From: Eledone cirrhosa
Lineage: Eukaryota
Direction: 5' to 3'
DNA length: 64,000 nt
Assembly: GCA_964016885.1 (NCBI GenBank)
Contig: OZ024746.1
Location: 50,468,001-50,532,000 of the forward strand
Numbering within the stretch: the first letter of the stretch is position 1; each line of letters opens with the position of its first letter. Below are positions 53,401 through 64,000 of this stretch, piece after piece. Under the pieces are notes generated by a model, which saw only the letters and a program-made list of their open reading frames with translations, was not told the DNA's origin and ran no database searches. The position numbers were made by a program, and so were the translations under genes.

Positions 53401-56400
53401 TTTCAAAAATTTTTCAACGTGTCGAAACACAATGTAAAAACGCATATTTTTGAAAAAAAACATTTTTTCCAAATACTGTGTAAAATGATCAATTTGTGAA
53501 AAACCGAAAAAAATCAATTTTAGAAATCAGAAGTAAATATTTTGAAATGTATAAAAATATTGATTATTTTAGGTTTTTCACAAATTGATCATTTTACACA
53601 GTATTTCGAAAAATTGTTTTTTTTCAGAAAAGATTGATTTTTTTTCTTTCGAAATATATACTTTCTGATTTCAAAAATTGATATATATTTTGTATTTTTC
53701 AAAAATTTTTCAACGTGTCGAAACACAATGCATAAACGCATTTTTTAAAAAAAAACATTTTTTCCAAATACTTTGTAAAATGATCGATTTGTGAAAAACC
53801 CCAAAAAATCAATTTTAGATATCAGAAGTAAATATTTCTAAATGTATAAAAAAATTGATTATTTTAGGTTTTTCACAAATTGATCATTTTACACAGTATT
53901 TCGAAAAATTGTTTTTTTTCAAAAAAGTGATTTTTTTTCGATTTCGAAAATTGATATGTATTTTGTATTTTTCAAAAATTTTTCAACGTGTCGAAACACA
54001 ACGTATAAACGCATTTTTAAAAAAAAAAACATTTTTTCTAAATATTGTGTAAAGGTGAAAAACCTAAAAAAATCAATTTTAGATAACAGAAGTAAATATT
54101 TCGAAATGTATAAAAAAATTGATTATTTTAGGTTTTTCACAAATTGATCATTTTACACAGTATTTCGAAAAATTGTTTTTTTTCAAAAAAGATTGATTTT
54201 TTTTCTTTCGAAATGTATACCTTCTGATTTCGAAAATTGACATATATTTTGTATTTTTCAAAAGTTTTTCAACGTGTCGAAACACAATGCATAAACGCAT
54301 TATTTTGAAAAAAAACATTTTTTCCAAATATTGTGTAAAGTGATCAATTTGTGAAAAACCTAAAAATATCAATTTTAGATACCAGAAGTAAATATTTCGA
54401 AATGTATAAAAAAATTGATTATTTTAGGTTTTTCACAAATTGATCATTTTACACAGTATTTCGAAAAATTGTTTTTTTTCAAAAAAGTCATTTTTTTTCG
54501 ATTTCGAAAATTGATATGTATTTTGTATTTTTCAGAAGTAAATATTTCGAAATGTATAAAAAAATTGATTATTTTAGGTTTTTCACAAATTCATCATTTT
54601 ACACAGTATTTCGAAAAATTGTTTTTTTTCAGAAAAGATTGATTTTTTTTCTTTCGAAATATATACTTTCTGATTTCAAAAATTGATATATATTTTGTAT
54701 TTTTCAAAAATTTTTCAACGTGTCGAAACACAATGCATAAACGCATTTTTTTTAAAAAAAACATTTTTTCTAAATACTTTGTAAAATGATCGATTTGTGA
54801 AAAACCCCAAAAAATAAATTTTAGATATCAGAAGTAAATATTTCGATGAATAAACGCATTTTTTTGAAAAAAAACATTTCATCCAAAAAGTGATCAATTT
54901 ATGAAAAACCTAAAAATATCAATTTTAGAAATCAGAAGTAAATATTTCGAAAAGTATAAAAAAATTGATTATTTTAGGTTTTTCACAAAATGATCAATTT
55001 GTGCAAAACCAAAAAAAATCAATTTTAGATATCAGAAGTAAATATTTCGAAATGTATAAAAAAATTGATTATTTTAGGTTTTTCACAAATTCATCATTTT
55101 ACACAGTATTTCGAAAAATTGTTTTTTTTCAGAAAAGTTTGATTTTTTTTCGATTTCGAAAATTGATATATATTTTGTATTTTTCAAAAATTTTTCAACG
55201 TGTCGAAACAATGTATAAACGCATTTTTTTAAAAAAAAACATTTTTTCTAAATACTGTGTAAAATGATCAATTTGTGAAAAACCGAAAAAAATCAATTTT
55301 AGAAATCAGAAGTAAATATTTCGAAATGTATAAAAAATTGATTATTTTAGGTTTTTCACAAATTGATCATTTTACACAGTATTTCGAAAAATTGTTTTTT
55401 TTCAGAAAAGTTTGATTTATTTTCGATTTAGAAAATTGATATATATTTTGTATTTTTCAAAAGTTTTTCAACGTGTCGAAACACAATGTATAAACGCATT
55501 TTTTTAAAAAAAAACATTTTTTCTAAATATTGTGTAAAGTGATCGATTTGTGAAAAACCCAGAAAAATCAATTTTAGATATCAGAAGTAAATATTTCGAA
55601 ATGTATAAAAAAATTAATTATTTTAGGTTTTTCACAAATTGATCATTTTACACAGTATTTCGAAAAGTTGTTTTTTTTCAAAAAAGTGATTTTTTTTCGA
55701 TTTCGAAAATTGATATGTATTTTGTATTTTTCAATAATTTTTCAAAGTGTCGAAACACGATAAAAAACATTTTTTCTAAAAATGATCAATTTGTGAAAAA
55801 CCGAAAAAAATCAATTTTAGAAATCAGAAGTAAATATTTCGAAATGTATAAAAATATTGATTATTTTAGGTTTTTCACAAATTGATCATTTTACACAGTA
55901 TTTCGAAAAATTGTTTTTTTCAAAAAAGATTGATTTTTTTTCTTTCGAAATATATACTTTCTGATATCGAAAATTGATATATATTTTGTATTTTTCAAAA
56001 ATTTTTCAACGTGTCGAAACACGATGAATAAACGCATTATTTTGAAAAAAAACATTTTTTCCAAATATTATGTAAAGTGATCAATTTGTGAAAAACCTAA
56101 AAATATCAATTTTAGATACCAGAACTAAATATTTCGAAATGTATAAAAAAATTGATTATTTTAGGTTTTTCACAAATTGATCATTTTACACAGTATTTCG
56201 AAAAATTGTTTTTTTTCAGAAAAGATTGATTTTTTTTCTTTCGAAATGTATACTTTCTGATTTCGAAAATTGACATATATTTTGTATTTTTCAAAAGTTT
56301 TTCAACGTGTCGAAACACAATGCATAAACGCATTTTTTAAAAAAAAACATTTTTCTAAATACTTTGTAAAATGATCGATTTGTGAAAAACCGAAAAAAAT

Positions 56401-59400
56401 CAATTTTAGAAATCTGAAGTAAATATTTCGAAATGTATAAAAAATTGATTATTTTAGGTTTTTCACAAATTGATCATTTTACACAGTATTTCGAAAAATT
56501 GTTTTTTTTCAGAAAAGTTTGATTTATTTTCGATTTCGAAAATTGATATATATTTTGTATTTTTCAAAAATTTTTCAACGTGCCGAAACACAATGTAAAA
56601 ACGCATATTTTTGAAAAAAAACATTTTTTCCAAATACTGTGTAAAATGATCAATTTGTGAAAAACCGATTTCGAAAATTGATATATATTTTGTATTTTTC
56701 AAAAATTTTGCGTGTCGAAACACGATGTATAAACGCATTTTTTTAAAAAAAAAACATTTTTTCTAAAAATGATCAATTTGTGAAAAACCGAAAAAAATCA
56801 ATTTTAGAAATCAGAAGTAAATATTTCGAAATGTATAAAAAAATTGATTATTTTAGGTTTTTCACAAATTGATTATTTTAAAATTGTTTTTTTTCAGAAA
56901 AGATTGATTTTTTTTCTTTCGAAATATATACTTTCTGATTTCGAAAATTGATATATATTTTGTATTTTTCAAAAATTTTTCAACGTGTCGAAACACAATG
57001 TATAAACGCATTATTTTGAAAAAAAACATTTTTTCCAAATATTGTGTAAAGTGATCAATTTGTGAAAAACCTAAAAATATCAATTTTAGATACCAGAAGT
57101 AAATATTTCGAAATGTATAAAAAAATTGATTATTTTAGGTTTTTCACAAATTGATCATTTTACACAGTATTTCGAAAAATTGTTTTTTTTCAAAAAAGTT
57201 TGATTTTTTTTCGATTACGAAAATTGATATATGTTTTGTATTTTTCAAAAATTTTTCAACGTGTCGAAACACAATGTATAAACGCATTATTTTGAAAAAA
57301 AACATTTTTTCCAAATATTGTGTAAAGTGATCAATTTGTGAAAAACCTAAAAATATCAATTTTAGATACCAGAAGTAAATATTTCGAAATGTATAAAAAA
57401 ATTGATTATTTTAGGTTTTTCACAAATTCATCATTTTACACAGTATTTCGAAAAATTGTTTTTTTTCAAAAAAGTTTGATTTTTTTTCGATTTCGAAAAT
57501 TGATATATATTTTGTATTTTTCAAAAATTTTTCAACGTGTCGAAACAATGTATAAACGCATTTTTTTTAAAAAAAAACATTTTTTCTAAATACTGTGTAA
57601 AATGATCAATTTGTGAAAAACCGAAAAAAATCAATTTTAGAAATCTGAAGTAAATATTTCGAAATGTATAAAAAATTGATTATTTTAGGTTTTTCACAAA
57701 TTGATCATTTTACACAGTATTTCGAAAAATTGTTTTTTTTCAGAAAAGTTTGATTTATTTTCGATTTAGAAAATTGATATATATTTTGTATTTTTCAAAA
57801 GTTTTTCAACGTGTCGAAACACAATGTATAAACGCATTTTTTTAAAAAAAAACATTTTTTCTAAATATTGTGTAAAGTGATCGATTTGTGAAAAACCCAA
57901 AAAAATCAATTTTAGATATCAGAAGTAAATATTTCGAAATGTATAAAAAAATTAATTATTTTAGGTTTTTCACAAATTGGTCATTTTACACAGTATTTCG
58001 AAAAATTGTTTTTTTTCAAAAAAGTGATTTTTTTTCGATTTCGAAAATTGATATGTATTTTGTATTTTTCAAAAATTTTTCAACGTGTCGAAAAACAACG
58101 TATAAACGCATTTTTAAAAAAAAAAACATTTTTTCTAAATATTGTGTAAAGGTGAAAAACCTAAAAAAATCAATTTTAGATATCAGAAGTAAATATTTCG
58201 AAATGTATAAAAAAATTGATTATTTTAGGTTTTTCACAGTACTTCGAAAAATTGTTTTTTTTCAAAAAAGTTTGATTTTTTTTCGATTTCGAAAATTGAT
58301 ATATATTCTGTATTTTTCAAAAATTTTTCAACGTGTCGAAACACAATGTAAAACCGCATATTTTTGAAAAAAAACATTTTTTCCAAATACTGTGTAAAAT
58401 GATCAATTTGTGAAAAACCGAAAAAAATCAATTTTAGAAATCAGAAGTAAATATTTTGAAATGTATAAAAATATTGATTATTTTAGGTTTTTCACAAATT
58501 GATCATTTTACACAGTATTTCGAAAAATTGTTTTTTTTCAGAAAAGATTGATTTTTTTCTTTCGAAATATATACTTTCTGATTTCGAAAATTGATATATA
58601 TTTTGTATTTTTCAAAAATTTTTCAACGTGTCGAAACACAATGTATAAACGCATTATTTTGAAAAAAAACATTTTTTCCAAATATTGTGTAAAGTGATCA
58701 ATTTGTGAAAAACCTAAAAATATCAATTTTAGATACCAGAACTAAATATTTCGAAATGTATAAAAAAATTGATTATTTTAGGTTTTTCACAAATTGATCA
58801 TTTTACACAGTATTTCGAAAAATTGTTTTTTTTCAGAAAAGATTGATTTTTTTTCTTTCGAAATATATACTTTCTGATTTCAAAAATTGATATATATTTT
58901 GTATTTTTCAAAAATTTTTCAACGTGTCGAAACACAATGCATAAACGCATTTTTTTTAAAAAAAACATTTTTTCTAAATACTTTGTAAAATGATCGATTT
59001 GTGAAAAACCCCAAAAAATAAATTTTAGAAATCAGAAGTAAATATTTCGATGAATAAACGCATTTTTTTGAAAAAAAACATTTCATCCAAAAAGTGATCA
59101 ATTTATGAAAAACCTAAAAATATCAATTTTAGAAATCAGAAGTAAATATTTCGAAAAGTATAAAAAAATTGATTATTTTAGGTTTTTCACAAAATGATCA
59201 ATTTGTGCAAAACCAAAAAAAATCAATTTTAGATATCAGAAGTAAATATTTCGAAATGTATAAAAAAATTGATTATTTTAGGTTTTTCACAAATTGATCA
59301 TTTTACACAGTATTTCGAAAAATTGTTTTTTTTCAAAAAAGTTTGATTTTTTTTCGATTTCGAAAATTGATATATATTTTGTATTTTTCAAAAATTTTTC

Positions 59401-62400
59401 AGCGTGCCGAAACACAATGTAAAAACGCATATTTTTGAAAAAAAACATTTTTTCCAAATACTGTGTAAAATGATCAATTTGTGAAAAACCGATTTCGAAA
59501 ATTGATATATATTTTGTATTTTTCAAAAATTTTGCGTGTCGAAACACGATGTATAAACGCATTTTTTTAAAAAAAAAACATTTTTTCTAAAAATGATCAA
59601 TTTGTGAAAAACCGAAAAAAATCAATTTTAGAAATCAGAAGTAAATATTTCGAAATGTATAAAAAAATTGATTATTTTAGGTTTTTCACAAATTGATCAT
59701 TTTACACAGTATTTCGAAAAATTGTTTTTTTTCAGAAAAGATTGATTTTTTTCTTTCGAAATATATACTTTCTGATTTCGAAAATTGATATATATTTTGT
59801 ATTTTTCAAAAATTTTTCAACGTGTCGAAACACAATGTATAAACGCATTATTTTGAAAAAAAACATTTTTTCCAAATATTGTGTAAAGTGATCAATTTGT
59901 GAAAAACCTAAAAATATCAATTTTAGATACCAGAACTAAATATTTCGAAATGTATAAAAAAATTGATTATTTTAGGTTTTTCACAAATTGATCATTTTAC
60001 ACAGTATTTCGAAAAATTGTTTTTTTTCAGAAAAGATTGATTTTTTTTCTTTCGAAATATATACTTTCTGATTTCAAAAATTGATATATATTTTGTATTT
60101 TTCAAAAATTTTTCAACGTGTCGAAACACAATGCATAAACGCATTTTTTTTAAAAAAAACATTTTTTCTAAATACTTTGTAAAATGATCGATTTGTGAAA
60201 AACCCCAAAAAATAAATTTTAGATATCAGAAGTAAATATTTCGATGAATAAACGCATTTTTTTGAAAAAAAACATTTCATCCAAAAAGTGATCAATTTAT
60301 GAAAAACCTAAAAATATCAATTTTAGAAATCAGAAGTAAATATTTCGAAAAGTATAAAAAAATTGATTATTTTAGGTTTTTCACAAAATGATCAATTTGT
60401 GCAAAACCAAAAAAAATCAATTTTAGATATCAGAAGTAAATATTTCGAAATGTATAAAAAAATTGATTATTTTAGGTTTTTCACAAATTGATCATTTTAC
60501 ACAGTATTTCGAAAAATTGTTTTTTTTCAAAAAAGTTTGATTTTTTTTCGATTTCGAAAATTGATATATATTTTGTATTTTTCAAAAATTTTTCAGCGTG
60601 CCGAAACACAATGTAAAAACGCATATTTTTGAAAAAAAACATTTTTTCCAAATACTGTGTAAAATGATCAATTTGTGAAAAACCGATTTCGAAAATTGAT
60701 ATATATTTTGTATTTTTCAAAAATTTTGCGTGTCGAAACACGATGTATAAACGCATTTTTTTAAAAAAAAAACATTTTTTCTAAAAATGATCAATTTGTG
60801 AAAAACCGAAAAAAATCAATTTTAGAAATCAGAAGTAAATATTTCGAAATGTATAAAAAAATTGATTATTTTAGGTTTTTCACAAATTGATTATTTTACA
60901 CAGTATTTCGAAAAATTGTTTTTTTTCAGAAAAGATTGATTTTTTTCTTTCGAAATATATACTTTCTGATTTCGAAAATTGATATATATTTTGTATTTTT
61001 CAAAAATTTTTCAACGTGTCGAAACACAATGTATAAACGCATTATTTTGAAAAAAAACATTTTTTCCAAATATTGTGTAAAGTGATCAATTTGTGAAAAA
61101 CCTAAAAATATCAATTTTAGATACCAGAACTATATATTTCGAAATGTATAAAAAAATTGATTATTTTAGGTTTTTCACAAATTGATCATTTTACACAGTA
61201 TTTCGAAAAATTGTTTTTTTTTAAAAAAGTTTGATTTTTTTTCGATTACGAAAATTGATATATATTTTGTATTTTTCAAAAATTTTTCAACGTGTCGAAA
61301 CACAATGTATAAACGCATTATTTTGAAAAAAAACATTTTTTCCAAATATTGTGTAAAGTGATCAATTTGTGAAAAACCTAAAAATATCAATTTTAGATAA
61401 CAGAAGTAAATATTTCGAAATGTATAAAAAAATTGATTATTTTAGGTTTTTCACAAATTGATCATTTTACACAGTATTTCGAAAAATTGTTTTTTTTCAG
61501 AAAAGATTGATTTTTTTTCTTTCGAAATATATACTTTCTGATTTCAAAAATTGATATATATTTTGTATTTTTCAAAAATTTTTCAACGTGTCGAAACACA
61601 ATGCATAAACGCATTTTTTTTAAAAAAAACATTTTTTCTAAATACTTTGTAAAATGATCGATTTGTGAAAAACCCCAAAAAATAAATTTTAGATATCAGA
61701 AGTAAATATTTCGATGAATAAACGCATTTTTTTGAAAAAAAACATTTCATCCAAAAAGTGATCAATTTATGAAAAACCTAAAAATATCAATTTTAGAAAT
61801 CAGAAGTAAATATTTCGAAAAGTATAAAAAAATTGATTATTTTAGGTTTTTCACAAAATGATCAATTTGTGCAAAACCGAAAAAAATCAATTTTAGATAT
61901 CAGAAGTAAATATTTCGAAATGTATAAAAAAATTGATTATTTTAGGTTTTTCACAAATTGATCATTTTACACAGTATTTCGAAAAATTGTTTTTTTTCAA
62001 AAAAGTTTGATTTTTTTTCGATTTCGAAAATTGATATATATTTTGTATTTTTCAAAAATTTTTCAACGTGCCGAAACACAATGTAAAAACGCATATTTTT
62101 GAAAAAAAACATTTTTTCCAAATACTGTGTAAAATGATCAATTTGTGAAAAACCGATTTCGAAAATTGATATATATTTTGTATTTTTCAAAAATTTTGCG
62201 TGTCGAAACACAATGTATAAACGCATTTTTTTAAAAAAAAAACATTTTTTCTAAAAATGATCAATTTGTGAAAAACCGAAAAAAATCAATTTTAGAAATC
62301 AGAAGTAAATATTTCGAAATGTATAAAAAAATTGATTATTTTAGGTTTTTCACAAATTGATTATTTTAAAATTGTTTTTTTTCAGAAAAGATTGATTTTT

Positions 62401-62570
62401 TTTCTTTCGAAATATATACTTTCTGATTTCGAAAATTGATATATATTTTGTATTTTTCAAAAATTTTTCAACGTGTCGAAACACAATGTATAAACGCATT
62501 ATTTTGAAAAAAAACATTTTTTCCAAATATTGTGTAAAGTGATCAATTTGTGAAAAACCTAAAAATATCA

Positions 62571-62846
62571 ATTTTAGATACCAGAAGTAAATATTTCGAA
62601 ATGTATAAAAAAATTGATTATTTTAGGTTTTTCACAAATTGATCATTTTACACAGTATTTCGAAAAATTGTTTTTTTTCAAAAAAGTTTGATTTTTTTTC
62701 GATTACGAAAATTGATATATATTTTGTATTTTTCAAAAATTTTTCAACGTGTCGAAACACAATGTATAAACGCATTATTTTGAAAAAAAACATTTTTTCC
62801 AAATATTGTGTAAAGTGATCAATTTGTGAAAAACCTAAAAATATCA
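62571..62846 (+). repeat. Representative canonical 276-bp monomer
   Basis: Followed directly by a near-identical copy starting at 62847. Hand count gives 57/276 G+C (~21%). Confidence 0.95.
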
Positions 62847-62851
62847 ATTTT
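62610..62851. repeat. Intra-monomer inverted repeat: arms 62610-62683 and 62778-62851 (74 bp each) around a 94-bp loop; present in essentially every full monomer
   Basis: Left arm AAAATTGATTATTTTAGGTTTTTCACAAATTGATCATTTTACACAGTATTTCGAAAAATTGTTTTTTTTCAAAA. Reverse complement of right arm AAAATTGATATTTTTAGGTTTTTCACAAATTGATCACTTTACACAATATTTGGAAAAAATGTTTTTTTTCAAAA. 68/74 identical. The same pseudo-peptide GFSQIDHFTQY appears on both strands of the ORF track. Confidence 0.95.
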
Positions 62852-64000
62852 AGATACCAGAAGTAAATATTTCGAAATGTATAAAAAAATTGATTATTTT
62901 AGGTTTTTCACAAATTGATCATTTTACACAGTATTTCGAAAAATTGTTTTTTTTCAAAAAAGTTTGATTTCTTTTCGATTACGAAAATTGATATATATTT
63001 TGTATTTTTCAAAAATTTTTCAACGTGTCGAAACACAATGTATAAACGCATTATTTTGAAAAAAAACATTTTTTCCAAATATTGTGTAAAGTGATCAATT
63101 TGTGAAAAACCTAAAAATATCAATTTTAGATACAGAAGTAAATATTTCGAAATGTATAAAAAAATTGATTATTTTAGGTTTTTCACAAATTCATCATTTT
63201 ACACAGTATTTCGAAAAATTGTTTTTTTTCAAAAAAGTTTGATTTTTTTTCGATTTCGAAAATTGATATATATTTTGTATTTTTCAAAAATTTTTCAACG
63301 TGTCGAAACAATGTATAAACGCATTTTTTTAAAAAAAAACATTTTTTCTAAATACTGTGTAAAATGATCAATTTGTGAAAAACCGAAAAAAATCAATTTT
63401 AGAAATCTGAAGTAAATATTTCGAAATGTATAAAAAATTGATTATTTTAGGTTTTTCACAAATTGATCATTTTACACAGTATTTCGAAAAATTGTTTTTT
63501 TTCAGAAAAGTTTGATTTATTTTCGATTTAGAAAATTGATATATATTTTGTATTTTTCAAAAGTTTTTCAACGTGTCGAAACACAATGTATAAACGCATT
63601 TTTTTAAAAAAAAACATTTTTTCTAAATATTGTGTAAAGTGATCGATTTGTGAAAAACCCAAAAAAATCAATTTTAGATATCAGAAGTAAATATTTCGAA
63701 ATGTATAAAAAAATTAATTATTTTAGGTTTTTCACAAATTGATCATTTTACACAGTATTTCGAAAAATTGTTTTTTTTCAAAAAAGTGATTTTTTTTCGA
63801 TTTCGAAAATTGATATGTATTTTGTATTTTTCAATAATTTTTCAAAGTGTCGAAACACGATAAAAAACATTTTTTCTAAAAATGATCAATTTGTGAAAAA
63901 CCGAAAAAAATCAATTTTAGAAATCAGAAGTAAATATTTCGAAATGTATAAAAAAATTGATTATTTTAGGTTTTTCACAAATTGATCATTTTACGCAGTA

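Larger units (their letters stand above)
42800..61450 (+). repeat. Three related ~4.5-5 kb blocks: ~42.8-47.5, ~48.3-53.3 and ~56.4-61.4 kb (offsets 5490/5217 and 8118/8149)
   Basis: ORF series 42855/48345/56463, 43254/48744/56862, 44868/50085/58234, 45921/51138/59287 and 53026/61175. Confidence 0.87.
1..64000. repeat. AT-rich satellite DNA array, ~276-bp basic monomer, roughly 230-250 units, all in one orientation, extending beyond both window edges
   Basis: The anchor CAGAAGTAAATATTTCGAAATGTATAAAAAAATTGATTATTTTAGGTTTTTCACAAATTGATCATTTTACACAG recurs every ~240-300 bp from start to end. Near-identical ORFs at 62632 and 62908 give a 276-bp period. I saw no unique sequence. The unit count is an estimate. 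Confidence 0.98.

Noticed and set aside
57888-58367. Longest ORF (159 aa) as a possible real gene
   Set aside because: It is created by one A>G change removing a TGA plus an in-frame 18-bp deletion, and is only concatenated monomer translation.
62591-62720. CENP-B box or heat-shock element suggested by repeated TTCG/TTCGAA
   Set aside because: The CGGG half of the CENP-B box is absent, and TTCGAA lacks the nGAAnnTTCn spacing of heat-shock elements.
62740-62800. Rho-independent terminator or promoter calls from the hairpin, T tracts and TATA-like words
   Set aside because: Such motifs are expected by chance in ~79% AT repeat DNA, and there is no associated gene.
136-63367. Many short F/K/I-rich ORFs (60-159 aa), many near-identical, on both strands
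   Set aside because: They are translations of an AT-rich repeat. The same peptide appears on both strands because of the inverted arms, frames break with homopolymer length changes, and there is no recognisable domain or ribosome-binding context.
1-64000. CRISPR array or integron-like cassette array (palindromic repeats at regular spacing)
   Set aside because: The sequences between the arms are themselves near-identical repeats, not unique spacers or cassettes. There is no cas or integrase gene, and the repeat sizes do not fit CRISPR.
1-64000. Assignment to a named satellite family or species, or a definite centromere call
   Set aside because: I do not recognise the monomer with confidence. 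This needs a database search and CENP-A data.
1-64000. Orientation switch or embedded transposon within the array
   Set aside because: The asymmetric spacers (CAGAAGTAAATATTTCG; CAACGTGTCGAAACAC) appear in the same orientation throughout, and I saw no foreign sequence.

Overview
The whole 64 kb window is one uninterrupted, head-to-tail, AT-rich tandem satellite array (about 21% GC in a monomer counted by hand). It is most likely eukaryotic heterochromatic or centromeric DNA; I cannot identify the species. I can support no genes, RNA genes, CRISPR array or inserted transposon, and all ORFs in the track are translations of the repeat. The basic monomer is 276 bp and is a foldback unit: two ~74-bp inverted arms (~92% identical) separated alternately by a 94-bp and a 34-bp spacer. 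The long spacer holds a degenerate third copy of the arm and a small GTGT-CGAA-ACAC hairpin. Discrete length classes (about 100, 104, 243, 264, 276, 295/296 and 399 bp) have junctions at short microhomologies. One class is a 'collapsed cruciform' in which the two arms are fused at their shared TGATCA into a spacer-less 66-bp palindrome. These variants are arranged in nested, imperfect higher-order repeats at offsets of 1194 bp, 2131 bp, ~5.2-5.5 kb, ~7.8-8.4 kb and ~10.3-10.9 kb. Block boundaries were estimated by eye and from ORF-track offsets, so they are approximate.
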